From contig OY970358.1 in the NCBI GenBank assembly GCA_963718575.1, positions 450,172-514,171 on the forward strand: a stretch of 64,000 bases of DNA. The letters are read 5' to 3'. The translations under genes were made by a program, and so were the position numbers. The stretch's first letter is position 1. Each line of letters starts with the position of its first letter. The stretch comes from an uncultured bacterium (GTDB taxonomy: Bacteria > Patescibacteriota > Minisyncoccia > UBA6257 > 2-01-FULL-56-20). Shown here piece by piece: positions 20,229 through 30,585 of this stretch. A model generated the notes under the pieces. It made no database searches, was not told the origin of the DNA, and was given only the letters and a program-made list of their open reading frames with translations.

Positions 20229-20389
20229 CCAAAATGAGGCGGCGAGAAGGAAGAAAGTCAGTATCCATCAGCCCTTCGGGTGGGTAGGGGTAGTCGTTGC
20301 GTAACGACCCCCCTAACGACTACCCTGCGGGGTGTCAAAACTCATTGATTTCGGCTAAAATGGTTGCGAGCCGACTGATACAAACTCAC
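20206..20389. repeat. Arm B' (184 bp, right end of element), inverted copy at 19514-19697
   Basis: Direct sequence comparison. Confidence 0.95.
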
Positions 20390-20418
20390 CACCGTAATAA
20401 TCTTCGGTATAATTAAAA

Positions 20419-20784
20419 ATGGAAATTCTGGATAAAACGATAGGAGCGGAATGGATCGAAGCCATGATTGGTTATATAAAGACCCATCGGTCAAAGTAAG
20501 AGTTCATTGACGTTCTTGGAGCTCCGCAAAACTCTCTCGAAGCAACGAACGTCGAGTTAAAACCAAAGAATCCTGCCATCAATTCGATCGTCCTCTCATC
20601 GAACGCGATCACCCTCAATATGATCCCGAAAAAATTTCACCGGGGAGAAAACGCTTCGAACCAAGATAACCGCATCACCGCTTATCGCACGGAAGTTGAG
20701 GACGTCACCATTCAATCGATCATACACCTTGGGATTTTCCCTCCGAGCGGTTTCGTTGACGAAGTGGATATCCTCTTTTATTAG
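20419..20784 (+). pseudogene. Hypothetical protein with one in-frame TAA (20497-99)
   Basis: TATAAT at 20408, 122-codon frame MEILDK...RSK*EFIDVLG...DILFY. Confidence 0.5.
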
Positions 20785-20805
20785 CCGAACATTTATTTTT
20801 TTGTG

Positions 20806-20877
20806 TGCCCCGGGCAGGAATCGAACCCGCATCAAAGCCTTAGAAGAGCTCTGCTTTATCCATTAAGCTACCAGGGC
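20806..20877 (-). tRNA. tRNA-Arg(TCT)
   Basis: GCCCTGG/CCGGGGC, loop CTTCTAA, GGTTCGATTCC. Confidence 0.95.
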
Positions 20878-20977
20878 AATTTCTTGTTGAGTTTAATGTA
20901 AAAATAAGGAAAATGGAAGTATTAAAAATATATTAAAATTTTTTTACTGAATAGAGATTTTTAACGATAATGATTTT

Positions 20978-21382
20978 ATGGATCAAGAAGCGAGAAAAAT
21001 CGCCGGTTTAATTATATGGTGGACGGAGGGAACTAAAGCCTATAAAAAGAAGAGTGGAAACTGGGTTAAAAATGTGGACGTCACCAACACAAATCCGGGA
21101 ATTATTATGGCTTTTTTAGGCTTTTTAAGATATGATGTTGGTGTTGATGAGGAGAGGCTGAGAATACAACTTCAGATACATAAAGGGGACGATCAGGATG
21201 ATTTAGAATCTTTTTGGTCTACAACGACCAATATCCCGCGAGAGCGGTTCACAAAAACTATAATTCGCCCTCGGGGAAATAAAATTGGTAAAAACAGAGG
21301 CACTTGTAAGGTTAGATACTCCGACAGACTAACCTACGAAAAGCTTGAAAAGCAGCTAAAAGAGGTTTTAAATAAGTCATAA
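20978..21382 (+). CDS. LAGLIDADG-like protein (CPR tRNA-associated type)
   Basis: GLIIWWTEG.K, TNTNP, FL, LQIH, FWS, GTCKVRY motifs. Confidence 0.6.
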   Translation: MDQEARKIAGLIIWWTEGTKAYKKKSGNWVKNVDVTNTNPGIIMAFLGFLRYDVGVDEERLRIQLQIHKGDDQDDLESFWSTTTNIPRERFTKTIIRPRGNKIGKNRGTCKVRYSDRLTYEKLEKQLKEVLNKS

Positions 21383-21387
21383 TTCTT

Positions 21388-21458
21388 CGGGATGTCGTAT
21401 ACCGGTAGTACGATTGCTTTGGGAGCAATTAGACAGGGTTCAATTCCCTGCATCCCGA
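21388..21458 (+). tRNA. tRNA-Pro(TGG)
   Basis: CGGGATG/CATCCCG, loop TTTGGGA, GGTTCAATTCC. Confidence 0.95.
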
Positions 21459-21520
21459 CAAAAAGAGAAAAGTGCGAGCCCCGAAAGAATCGGGGCTCAA
21501 AAAAGATTGATGGCGAGACA

Positions 21521-21727
21521 TCAATCAATGTGGCGCTTGTGAACATTGAAATCAATGAATCTACGCCACAGGCCCTGAGGGCAACGGCGACCGAAGCGCG
21601 GTCGACGTGGCTTGTCTCTGTCCGCAAAATTCCGGACAGCTCTTCGTGCTGACGCTTTCATATCATCTGGCTTCGACCCATCTTTCGGCCATTCTGGATC
21701 CCACCATTGAAACGCCGCTGCGCTCAT
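21521..21727 (-). CDS. Small basic hypothetical protein
   Basis: 68 aa, GGAGGT SD upstream, terminator hairpin 21477-21505 downstream. Confidence 0.5.
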   Translation of the reverse strand: MSAAAFQWWDPEWPKDGSKPDDMKASARRAVRNFADRDKPRRPRFGRRCPQGLWRRFIDFNVHKRHID

Positions 21728-21878
21728 CGGTATTACCTCCGTGGATAAAAATTTCGCTACTGATTTTAGTATAACGCACCCCCTCTGGAAAACATGTGCA
21801 TAACTCGCACTCTTCTATAAAATAGAGGCAATGATGGATTGCAAAATGCCCGCGTTTTCGTTACCATTCTCCTCAATG

Positions 21879-21953
21879 GCGCGCTTAGCTCAGCGGTAGA
21901 GCAACTCGTTTACACCGAGTGGGCCGGGGGTTCAACTCCCTCAGCGCGCACCA
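21879..21953 (+). tRNA. tRNA-Val(TAC), CCA encoded
   Basis: GCGCGCT/AGCGCGC, loop TTTACAC, GGTTCAACTCC. Confidence 0.95.
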
Positions 21954-22783
21954 CTATTCAGCGTATAAAAATTCTCGAACAGCTTTGCCGTTACAATCCT
22001 CCCTGGGCCGCTTGGTGCCTGCGAATATTTAATATTCTTTTTTTCTGCACCGGCAGAATCAAAATCACCGGCCATCTTCCCATTTTTATCGTTACTAAAA
22101 CCAAAGTCTATCACAATCGTTTCCTCTTTTAAGTGTTCTGCGCTAAAAAGCCCCACATGCCCGGCGCCGGCGATCACGATGTCCGCATCGCCCAGCTTCT
22201 CGTGGATGTTCTTAACGCTCGCATCGAGCACGACAAGCTCCGCCACGCGGTTCTGCAGCCAGAAGCCCACCGGCTTGCCGATCAAGAATCCTGCGCCGAT
22301 GACGACCGCTTTCAATCCGCGCAATGCGCTTGGATTGCCAACAAGGTCGCCGCACTCGCGCGCTAATATTTCTTCCACGGTTGCTACTGCTGGCGGAACG
22401 ATCTTGCCGCGCTCAGTGTAGAACGCGCCGAGCGCCGCCTCGCTGAGGCAGTCGACATCTTTTTCCTTCGGGATCGCATTCAACGCGTAGTAACGATTGA
22501 TGGCGGCCGGCAACGGCAGCTGCACGATGAACGCCCCGCACGTCTTCGGCTCGGCGAGCCGGCCGATCTCGGCGCGGAGCGCGTCGGTCGTGGTGCCAAG
22601 CGGAAGTTGGTGCAGCCGAAACTCGATGCCGAGCTCGCGCGCGACGCGCTCTTTTTGCTTCAAAAAATTGAGCGATGCCGGATCGTCACCCACGAGCGCC
22701 GCGCCGAAGAACTTCTCCGGCTTCGGCTGTGAGCGCAAGCGCTCAACAATATTCTCCGCAATGATTTTTCCGTCGATGATCAT
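21941..22783 (-). CDS. folD: Methylenetetrahydrofolate dehydrogenase/cyclohydrolase
   Basis: IIDGK, VGDDPAS, IVQLPLP, KDVD, GKP, IDFG, GDFD, PSGPG. Confidence 0.9.
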   Translation of the reverse strand: MIIDGKIIAENIVERLRSQPKPEKFFGAALVGDDPASLNFLKQKERVARELGIEFRLHQLPLGTTTDALRAEIGRLAEPKTCGAFIVQLPLPAAINRYYALNAIPKEKDVDCLSEAALGAFYTERGKIVPPAVATVEEILARECGDLVGNPSALRGLKAVVIGAGFLIGKPVGFWLQNRVAELVVLDASVKNIHEKLGDADIVIAGAGHVGLFSAEHLKEETIVIDFGFSNDKNGKMAGDFDSAGAEKKNIKYSQAPSGPGRIVTAKLFENFYTLNSGAR

Positions 22784-22811
22784 GTATGTTTTATGATGTT
22801 AACGTCTCGTG

Positions 22812-23423
22812 TTATTTATTATCCAGGCTTGCCCACAGATATCGCGATCCAAGACTGCGATACGGTTTCCACTTTGCCGTGATCTTCTCCGCCTGCGCGG
22901 GCGTCGGCGCCTTCCTCAACTTATATATCTTTTTGAGGGCATTTCGCAAGCCGAGGTCGCCGTATGAGAACACGTCATCGCGCTGCAACGAGAAGATCAA
23001 AAACATTTCCGCAGTCCATCGCCCGATCCCCTTCACGCCGGTCAGGTGGCCTATCACTTCTTCATCAGTCATCACATCCATATGCTTGAAGTCGAGCGTG
23101 CCATCGAGCGTCTTCTTGGCAAGATCCTTGATAAAGCTCACCTTCATGCGCGACAAGCCGCATTTGCGCATCTTGGCGGCCGGCATCTTCATGATCTCGC
23201 GCGGCGTGGGAAATTTGCGGCCCGGCGTGAGCGCCACGAATCAATTGAAGATCGTGTCGGCAGCCTTGATCGAAAGTTGCTGGCTCACGATCGCCTCGAC
23301 AAGCGCCTCGAACGGCCCGCGCGTGACGGTAAGCTCCCGCAGGACAACTCCCTCCATGAGAGTCCTCAAGGCGGGGTCACTCTTTTTCAAGTGGGCGATC
23401 TTTTTGCGATGCGAAGTTGCCAT
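22812..23423 (-). pseudogene. alkA: DNA-3-methyladenine glycosylase II with in-frame TGA at 23241-43
   Basis: FEALVEAIVSQQLSIKAA..IFN*FVAL...VKGIGRWTAEMFLIFSL.R.DV...DLG, W.PYRS; same frame both sides. Confidence 0.85.
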
Positions 23424-23425
23424 GA

Positions 23426-24676
23426 TTACTCGATCCCCGGAACCGGAAATCGCAATGAGAATTTTTTAACTTTTTCTTTGATCGCGCCGAGCGCTGTCTC
23501 GTCCTCGCGGTGCGCGAGCGTCTCGTCGATCAAGTCCGCCACCGTCTTCATGTCAGCCGCGCCGCATCCGCGCGTGGTGAGCGCGGGCGTCCCGAGGCGC
23601 ACCCCCGACGGATCGAGCGGCTTGCGCGGATCGAACGGGATCATATTTTTGTTGATCGAGATGCCCACTTTTTCCAAAGCCTTCTCCGCTTCCTTGCCGG
23701 TGATACCCTTACTGCCGAATACGTCGACGAGCATCAGATGGTTGTCCGTGCCGCCGGAGATGATGCGATAGCCCTTCTCTTGCAACGCCGCCGCGAGCGC
23801 CCGCGCGTTCGCGATCACCGCCTTGGAATACTCCGCGAATTCCGGCTTGAGCGCCTCGCCGTACGCGATCGCTTTCGCCGCATTGATATGATCGTGGGGA
23901 CCGCCCTGCACGCCGGGGAACACCGCCTTGTCGATCGCGGACGCGAACTGCTCGCGGCACATGATCATCGCACCGCGCGGCCCGCGCAACGTCTTGTGGG
24001 TGGTCGTCGAAACGACATCGCAGAACGGGATCGGGTTCTCGAGCTGCTTCCCGGCCACGAGCCCTGCAATGTGCGCGATGTCGGCAAACAAATACGCGCC
24101 GCACTTGTCCGCGATCGCGCGGAAGCGCGCCCAGTCCATCGAACGCGAGTATGCGGAAAATCCCGCGAGGATCATCTTCGGCTTCTCGCGCATCGCGATC
24201 GCCTCCACTTCGTCCATGTCGATGATCTCCGTCTCGCGGTTCACAAAGTACGGAATAATAGCGTAAAGCTTTCCGGAAAAATTCAGCGGATGCCCGTGTG
24301 AAAGATGTCCACCTTGGTCGAGAGAAAATCCCAATACTTTATCACCCGGCTGCAATAGTGCCATGTAGACCGCCAGGTTCGCCGGCGAACCGGAAAGCGG
24401 TTGTACGTTCACATGCTCCGCGCCAAACAGTTCCTTCGCGCGCTCGATCGCGAGTGTTTCTGCCTGGTCGATGATCTCATTGCCGCCGTAGTAACGCTTT
24501 CCCGGATACCCTTCGCTGTATTTATTGGTAAGGATCGAACCCATCGCGGTGAGCACCGCGGTCGAAACGTAGTTCTCGCTCGCGATCAGCTCGATACCCT
24601 CTTTCTGCCGCTGTTCCTCGCGCTTGACGATCTCATACACCTGCGGGTCTTCTTTTTGTATCGCTGAGTAATTCAT
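23426..24676 (-). CDS. glyA: Serine hydroxymethyltransferase
   Basis: LIASEN, NKYSEGYPG, GGHLSHG, TTTHKTLRGPRG, GGTDNH. Confidence 0.97.
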   Translation of the reverse strand: MNYSAIQKEDPQVYEIVKREEQRQKEGIELIASENYVSTAVLTAMGSILTNKYSEGYPGKRYYGGNEIIDQAETLAIERAKELFGAEHVNVQPLSGSPANLAVYMALLQPGDKVLGFSLDQGGHLSHGHPLNFSGKLYAIIPYFVNRETEIIDMDEVEAIAMREKPKMILAGFSAYSRSMDWARFRAIADKCGAYLFADIAHIAGLVAGKQLENPIPFCDVVSTTTHKTLRGPRGAMIMCREQFASAIDKAVFPGVQGGPHDHINAAKAIAYGEALKPEFAEYSKAVIANARALAAALQEKGYRIISGGTDNHLMLVDVFGSKGITGKEAEKALEKVGISINKNMIPFDPRKPLDPSGVRLGTPALTTRGCGAADMKTVADLIDETLAHREDETALGAIKEKVKKFSLRFPVPGIE

Positions 24677-24819
24677 TGGAGTGTGTAAAATTAACCGGTT
24701 AATATGGCCCAAGGTATCCGTAAGAAGTGTTACACCATGCCATAATCATACTCCCAAAATGTTGAAAAATCAGCCAAAGCCGTGTACATTAAGGATGCGG
24801 ACGAGCCGCAGTTAATGAT

Positions 24820-24891
24820 GGTGCCTATAGCTTAATGGTAAAGCTCCGCTCTGTGGCAGCGGCAATACGGGTTCAATTCCCGTTAGGCACC
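24820..24891 (+). tRNA. tRNA-His(GTG) with G-1
   Basis: G-GTGCCTA/TAGGCAC-C, loop CTGTGGC. Confidence 0.95.
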
Positions 24892-25104
24892 CGGCGATTT
24901 TTAGATAGATTTTATAGGAGTATTGCAGAACCTATATAGTTTTTGCAAGTCCGCACAAACGACTGAGGAGCCGTCATGGTGAAACTAATGAAAAACACCG
25001 GCCGAAGGTGACCGAACTAACGCGCTCTACGATGACAAGAACAAGGCATATCTCGGCGACCGCAGGGTGATCGTAAAATAACGACCGATCTCAACCGAGC
25101 CCTC

Positions 25105-25662
25105 CTACCAGACGAACGGAATCAGTGCCTTCGTCCGTTTTTTATATTCCGCATACTGGTCGGGGAAAAGTTGCATCATATACCGCTCCTCCACCGGGAT
25201 CCGGTAGAAAAAGTTTGCGGTGAATATCATGAATACGGCGAGCCAGATGACGCCGGCCACGAGCGCGGATCCGAAGAGCGCGAGCAACATGCCGGTATAG
25301 ATCGGGTGGCGCACAAGATGATACGGCCCGGAGGTCACAAGTTCGTGTCCTTCCTTTATGGACGGCATTCCGCTCCAATTTTTCCCCAAATGTACGCGCG
25401 CCCAGATCGCACAAGCGAGACCCATAGCGCAAAGGACGACGCCGATCGCCTGCACGCTTATAGGGAATTGATAACTGAAGATCCGCCAGAACTCGCTTAA
25501 TTGCAGCAGGATGACCACGATAATGATAAGAAATATTCTAATACCCGCATCGCGGCGCCATTCATCCGTGCGGACATTTTTCTTGACCCCGATCGCAGAA
25601 ATAATCCAATAAAGGATGAACACCGCCCAGAAGGCGAAGATAAGATGGTCAAGGAATAGCAT
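25105..25662 (-). CDS. Isoprenylcysteine carboxylmethyltransferase family membrane protein
   Basis: LGKNWS, HELVTSGPY..VRHPIY, EE..M...F...Y..Y. Confidence 0.88.
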   Translation of the reverse strand: MLFLDHLIFAFWAVFILYWIISAIGVKKNVRTDEWRRDAGIRIFLIIIVVILLQLSEFWRIFSYQFPISVQAIGVVLCAMGLACAIWARVHLGKNWSGMPSIKEGHELVTSGPYHLVRHPIYTGMLLALFGSALVAGVIWLAVFMIFTANFFYRIPVEERYMMQLFPDQYAEYKKRTKALIPFVW

Positions 25663-25710
25663 GTCCGCATCTTACCATGAAAGTGTGCGCGATGTTACAC
25701 TACAGGTATC

Positions 25711-26787
25711 ATGTCCGGTATTTTCTGGAAGTTTTACGTGCGCTCCGCGGATGCATGGGAAGCCATGCTTGCCGACTGCGCCGCGGCGCGCGAATGCATA
25801 GATATAGAGCAATATATTTTTGAAGACGATGCCGTCGGACAAAAATTTTTTGAAGTCTTGAAGAAGAAGAGCGGCGAGGGTATAAAAGTAAGGATATTTT
25901 GCGACGCGGTGGGGAGTTTCAGCCTGCTCAATTCAAAGAGCGCCAAGGCGCTTATGGCAGCCGGCATCGCAATAAAATTCTTCAATCCCATCCAGCCATG
26001 GCGCGTCGGCAATGTGTTCTCGTGGTTCTTGCGCGATCACCGGAAGCTTTTATTGGTGGACAGAGCGATCGTGCACACCGGCGGCGCGGCGATCGACGGG
26101 CGCATGGCGGAGTGGCGCGACACGAACGTGCGGATGACCGGCCCGGTCGTGGCCGAAGCACAGGCGAGCTTCGATCAGATGTGGATCGCCGCGCCGCGGC
26201 ATAAATTCTTCAGATTCAAGCCGACGTTCCACGCCGGAGAGGATTTTTCCTTCCTCGCCAACTCGCCGCGCCTCCACGGCCGCTATATCTACCACGACCT
26301 GCGCCGCACCATACGCAAAGCAAGGCACTCTATATATCTCACCACGCCATACTTCGTACCGAGCATAAAAATATTCACCTCGCTCACGAAAGCCGCTCGA
26401 CGCGGCGTCGACGTCCGGATACTCCTGCCCGGATTATCCGATGTCCGCATCGCAAATATCGCCACCGGCTCCACCTTTGTCCTGGCATTGAATGCCGGCA
26501 TTAAACTCTACTTTTATGACGATAGAACGATCCTACATGCAAAGACGGGCGTCATCGACGATGTTTGGGGAAGCATTGGCAGTGCAAACATCGATAACCT
26601 CAGCCTCCTTCTTAACTATGAAGGCAATATAAGAAGCTCCGACCCGGATTTCATCGCCGAACTGAAGCGGCAATTTTTGGAAGATCTCGCGCGAGCAAAG
26701 GAAGTAAAGAAAGAAGACTGGGTGCGCCGCCCATTTTCTCTGAAAGTACTGGAAGTGCTCACCTGGCCGCTTCACGGGATTCTGTAG
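25711..26787 (+). CDS. Cardiolipin synthase-like phospholipase D
   Basis: Two HKD motifs (RDHRKLLLVD; LHAKTGVID..GSAN), WRDT, TPYFVP. Confidence 0.88.
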   Translation: MSGIFWKFYVRSADAWEAMLADCAAARECIDIEQYIFEDDAVGQKFFEVLKKKSGEGIKVRIFCDAVGSFSLLNSKSAKALMAAGIAIKFFNPIQPWRVGNVFSWFLRDHRKLLLVDRAIVHTGGAAIDGRMAEWRDTNVRMTGPVVAEAQASFDQMWIAAPRHKFFRFKPTFHAGEDFSFLANSPRLHGRYIYHDLRRTIRKARHSIYLTTPYFVPSIKIFTSLTKAARRGVDVRILLPGLSDVRIANIATGSTFVLALNAGIKLYFYDDRTILHAKTGVIDDVWGSIGSANIDNLSLLLNYEGNIRSSDPDFIAELKRQFLEDLARAKEVKKEDWVRRPFSLKVLEVLTWPLHGIL

Positions 26788-26892
26788 TCTCCGCAAAGCC
26801 CCGTTCGCGATACTTGACAATTTATAGCTATATGCTATAGTACTTACAGCAGATTTAAGGCGGAAAGCTTTGAATCCATAGGAGAAAGACCG

Positions 26893-27201
26893 ATGAAGTT
26901 TTCGAACGTAATGATGTTGGTCGTTGCCTTCTCTACGGCGATATTTGCCCAAGCGCAGAATAAACCGCAAGTAATGAGCGTGGCATCACAGCTGCAACAA
27001 CGGCCCGCGAACCTCTATTACGCCGGAATGAAAACCTGGAGCGTGGCAGGGGAGTTTCAGCCGCAGCCCGCCGACCTCTATTACGCCGGCGCAACAGCAG
27101 AACGGCCGTCGAACCATGTTACCGATCCAGTAGACGGAACAACCCGCACTGCACCAGTGAAGGCATCCTTCATCCCCGCGCTGGTCGCTCCGAAAAAGTA
27201 A
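26893..27201 (+). CDS. Secreted hypothetical protein with internal repeat
   Basis: Signal peptide; QQRPANLYYAG / QPQPADLYYAG; SD aggag; terminator 27233-27268. Confidence 0.65.
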   Translation: MKFSNVMMLVVAFSTAIFAQAQNKPQVMSVASQLQQRPANLYYAGMKTWSVAGEFQPQPADLYYAGATAERPSNHVTDPVDGTTRTAPVKASFIPALVAPKK

Positions 27202-27339
27202 CCGGCCCCTCTTTCATAACCTGATTCCATACACGCCCCTGCCGAGATTCTTCGGTGGGGGCGTTTTTATTTCTTATTCGTTTTTTGACCATGAAGCAAA
27301 TTCTTTATATAATTGTATTACATTAATTAACTCTCACCC

Positions 27340-29170
27340 ATGTCCAACCTCACCAAGAATATCATCTGGGGAATCATCACCCTGATCATCGTCGCGCTTA
27401 TCTTTTCGTATTTCGTCGGGCCGCAAACCCAGCCGACCACGCTCAACCTCAACCAGGTCGTTGCGGACATCAACGCCGGAACCATCAAGCAGATAAAAGT
27501 GAACGGCGACGAGCTTGATATCATGATGACCAATGGCAGCGCGGCAGTCGCGCAGAAAGAAGATGAGTCGGGCGTGACGGAAACCCTGAACAACCTCGGA
27601 GTGAACCAGCAGGCCATGCAAAAAGTGGACCTCGAGGTAGTGAACCAGTCAGGCTGGGAATATTGGCTGGGCCTTCTCGCTCCGGATCTGCTCACGCTCC
27701 TCGCGATCGGATTCATCTTCTGGCTCATGTTCCGCCAGGCCAAGACCGGCGTCAACCAGGCATTCCAATTCGGCCGGTCAAACCTTAAGCTTTCAACCGT
27801 CAAAGATAAGGTGATGTTCAAGGATGTCGCCGGATTGAAGGAAGCGAAAGAAGAATTGATAGAGGTCGTCGATTTCTTAAAAAATCCTCAAAAATTCCTT
27901 GACCTCGGCGCACGCATCCCACGCGGTATTCTCTTGATGGGACCTCCGGGCACGGGCAAAACGCTCGTCGCACGCGCGGTCGCGGGCGAAAGCAATGTCC
28001 CCTTCTTCTATATATCAGCGTCGGAGTTCGTGGAAATGTTCGTCGGCGTCGGCGCCTCGCGCACGCGCGACGCCTTTATGCAGGCCAAGCGCGCCTCGCC
28101 CGCCATCCTGTTCATTGATGAGATCGACGCCGTCGGCCGCCAGCGCGGCGCGGGCATGGGCGGCGGCAGCGACGAGCGCGAACAGACGCTGAACCAGATC
28201 CTCGTCGAGATGGACGGCTTTGACCGCGACACGCGCGTGATAGTGCTGGCGGCCACCAATCGTCCTGACATCCTTGACCCCGCGCTCCTCCGTCCCGGCC
28301 GCTTCGACCGCCGCGTCATCCTCGACCTCCCCGACATGAACGACCGCGAATCGATCCTCCGCATCCATTCCGACGGGAAGACCCTCGAAAAGAACGTCGA
28401 CCTGCGCCGCGTCGCGGCCCGCACGCCGGGATTCTCCGGTGCCGATCTTGCAAACTTGATGAACGAGGCCGCGATCGCCTCCGCACGACAGAATAAAAAA
28501 GTCGATCGGCCAGGCAGAACTGCTCGAGGCCGCCGAGAAAGTGATCATGGGACCGGAGCGCAAGAGCCGCGTCATCTCGCAGAAAGAAAAAGAGATCACG
28601 GCGTATCACGAAGGCGGCCACGCGCTCGTCGCCGCGTCCGTCAAAGACGCCGACCCGGTGCAAAAAGTTTCGATCATCTCCCGCGGCTTTGCCGGCGGCT
28701 ACACGATGAAACTGCCGAACGAGGATCAGCACCTTAAGACCCGCAACCAGTTCCTCGCCGACCTCTCGATGATGATGGGCGGCTACGTCTCGGAGAAGCT
28801 CACCTTCGGCGATGTCTCGACCGGCGCATCAAGCGATCTTAAAGAAGCATCCGAGCTCGCGCGGCGGATGGTCGTCAAATACGGCATGAGCGACCTCGGC
28901 CCGATCGTCTTCGGCAAGAGCGAACAGATGATGTTCCTCGGCCAGGAGATCTCGAACGACAAGAACTATTCCGAGCGCGTCGCGTCGGAGATCGACGAAC
29001 AGATCCGCAAGCTCCTCATTCATGCCCAGGACATCGCGGAAAAAATATTGAAGACGCACAAAACGGCGCTTAAAAAGATCGCGGACACGCTGATGGAAAA
29101 AGAGGTCCTCGAGCAGGATGATTTCAACGCAGTACTGAAGCCGTTCAGGATCAAACCGATCGCCGCATAA
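27340..29170 (+). CDS. ftsH: ATP-dependent zinc metalloprotease FtsH, +1 frameshift in A6 run 28495-28500
   Basis: 2 [29 protein letters not shown] in first frame; [15 protein letters not shown] in second. Confidence 0.93.
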
Positions 29171-29195
29171 GGTAAGATTGCGCGGGATAAAAAAG

Positions 29196-29230
29196 AAGGT
29201 GTGCAGAGAAAATCCTCTGCACACCTTTTA
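29196..29230. terminator. Bidirectional terminator ftsH/MFS
   Basis: AAGGTGTGCAGAG-loop-CTCTGCACACCTTTT. Confidence 0.75.
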
Positions 29231-29235
29231 TATTT

Positions 29236-30483
29236 TTATCCTTTGACGAACGCGGGGTATCGTTTATTCCTTACTGCAACGATAACCGCTAGAATGAGCA
29301 ATACCATCCCAAAACATCCCATTGCAGGGAATACGCCGATCACTTTTGAAACAGAGCCGAGGGCCAGATAGCCGAATGCGCTCCCCATAAAGAAGATAGA
29401 CGCTCCACACCCCATAACCCTCCCAATCATCACCGGATTGCTCTGCTTAGTAATGATTGAGGTGGCAGACTGGACGGTAAGCACAACAAGATCAAGCCCA
29501 AATCCTGCTATCCCAAGGAGCACCATTCCCGCAACGAAATTTCTCAGAAAGAAAAATGTCACGAGTGTCCCGGCGAGCGAGGATATTCCGAGCAGGAGAA
29601 ATCTCCTGACCGGAAGTGCTTGCGTCGATCGTGAAACCACCGCAGCGGCAACCAGCGTACCGATCCCCGGAGCTGCCGATAGCCATCCAAATCCAACCGG
29701 ACCCAGATGGAGATACTCAGCGACCGCAGGAAGCATTCCCCGGTATGAAAATCCGAAAAATGTCGCGGCTCCCAGGAGTAAAATAAGTGGCCGTATTGCT
29801 CCATCGCTTACGCATAGACGGAATCCGTCGATGACGTCTTTGATGATGCCCGAAACACTTATAGCTCCACCTCTTGCCCTCGCCTTCGGCTTTATTACCT
29901 TTATTATGAAGATCAGCATCGGGATGAAACTTATGGCGTTCAGAAAAAACGCCATGCCAACGCCCCAATGCGCAACGACGATACCGCCAACACTGGGGCC
30001 GAGGATAAATCCAAGGCCAACCAGCGTGCCGTTTAAGGCCATTGCCGATGGCACCAGACTGGGATCGGAATCGACGATCTCCTTGATACAGACGAATCGC
30101 GCGGGAGTTTCAAGTCCATTGATAATCCCCCACGCGAGTGCCATACCGCAGATGCCTGCCGGTGATAAATGACCGCTGACAAACGCTCCATAGAACAGCG
30201 ACGCCTGCAAGATCCCAAGGATGCTCGTCGTTACCAGCATAAAGCGAGCTGACGTTTTATCGACGATCGCTCCCGCGAGGGGGGCGATCACGACAACAGG
30301 AATGACGGCCAAAAAATTCACCAGTCCCATTGAAAAAGCGGAACCGGTAAGTTGGAACATCAACCATCCCTGCACGACGACCTGCATCCACGTTCCAATG
30401 AACGAGATGCTTTGGCCGAGGAAGTAAAGGCGAAAGTCGCGGCTCCGAAAAGCCGGATATGTCTTTAGAAGCTGATTGAACAC
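29236..30483 (-). CDS. MFS transporter (MFS_3/DUF894-like)
   Basis: FRLYFLGQSISFIGTWMQ, 12 TM, GRVMG. Confidence 0.88.
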   Translation of the reverse strand: MFNQLLKTYPAFRSRDFRLYFLGQSISFIGTWMQVVVQGWLMFQLTGSAFSMGLVNFLAVIPVVVIAPLAGAIVDKTSARFMLVTTSILGILQASLFYGAFVSGHLSPAGICGMALAWGIINGLETPARFVCIKEIVDSDPSLVPSAMALNGTLVGLGFILGPSVGGIVVAHWGVGMAFFLNAISFIPMLIFIIKVIKPKARARGGAISVSGIIKDVIDGFRLCVSDGAIRPLILLLGAATFFGFSYRGMLPAVAEYLHLGPVGFGWLSAAPGIGTLVAAAVVSRSTQALPVRRFLLLGISSLAGTLVTFFFLRNFVAGMVLLGIAGFGLDLVVLTVQSATSIITKQSNPVMIGRVMGCGASIFFMGSAFGYLALGSVSKVIGVFPAMGCFGMVLLILAVIVAVRNKRYPAFVKG

Positions 30484-30585
30484 AAAGCACCTCTTTTACG
30501 CACAGAGAATAAATGACAAAGAACGTTCCCCTATTATATATAATATATAAGATTAAGTCAACTTTGCGTTCGGCCAGTGGCCGTT

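Larger units (their letters stand above)
14762..20389. mobile_element. ~5.6-kb integrative element (large serine recombinase) inserted at tRNA-Phe 3' end, core CAC
   Basis: Joining 14764 to 20390 restores TCGCGGC-A-CCA; both ends are duplicated internally as a joined junction. Confidence 0.85.

Noticed and set aside
19635-20268. Twin ORFs starting MDTDFLPSRRLILVADIYDFS as a shufflon-like gene
   Set aside because: A by-product of the B/B' repeat; no coding signal, and it overlaps the virD4 fragment out of frame
23241-23243. TGA recoding (code 25)
   Set aside because: Other genes here (folD, recombinase fragments, several surface genes) end at TGA, and conserved genes lack internal TGA
28495-28500. 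Programmed frameshift in ftsH
   Set aside because: Needs removal of one A in a homopolymer; no precedent known to me; error is more parsimonious
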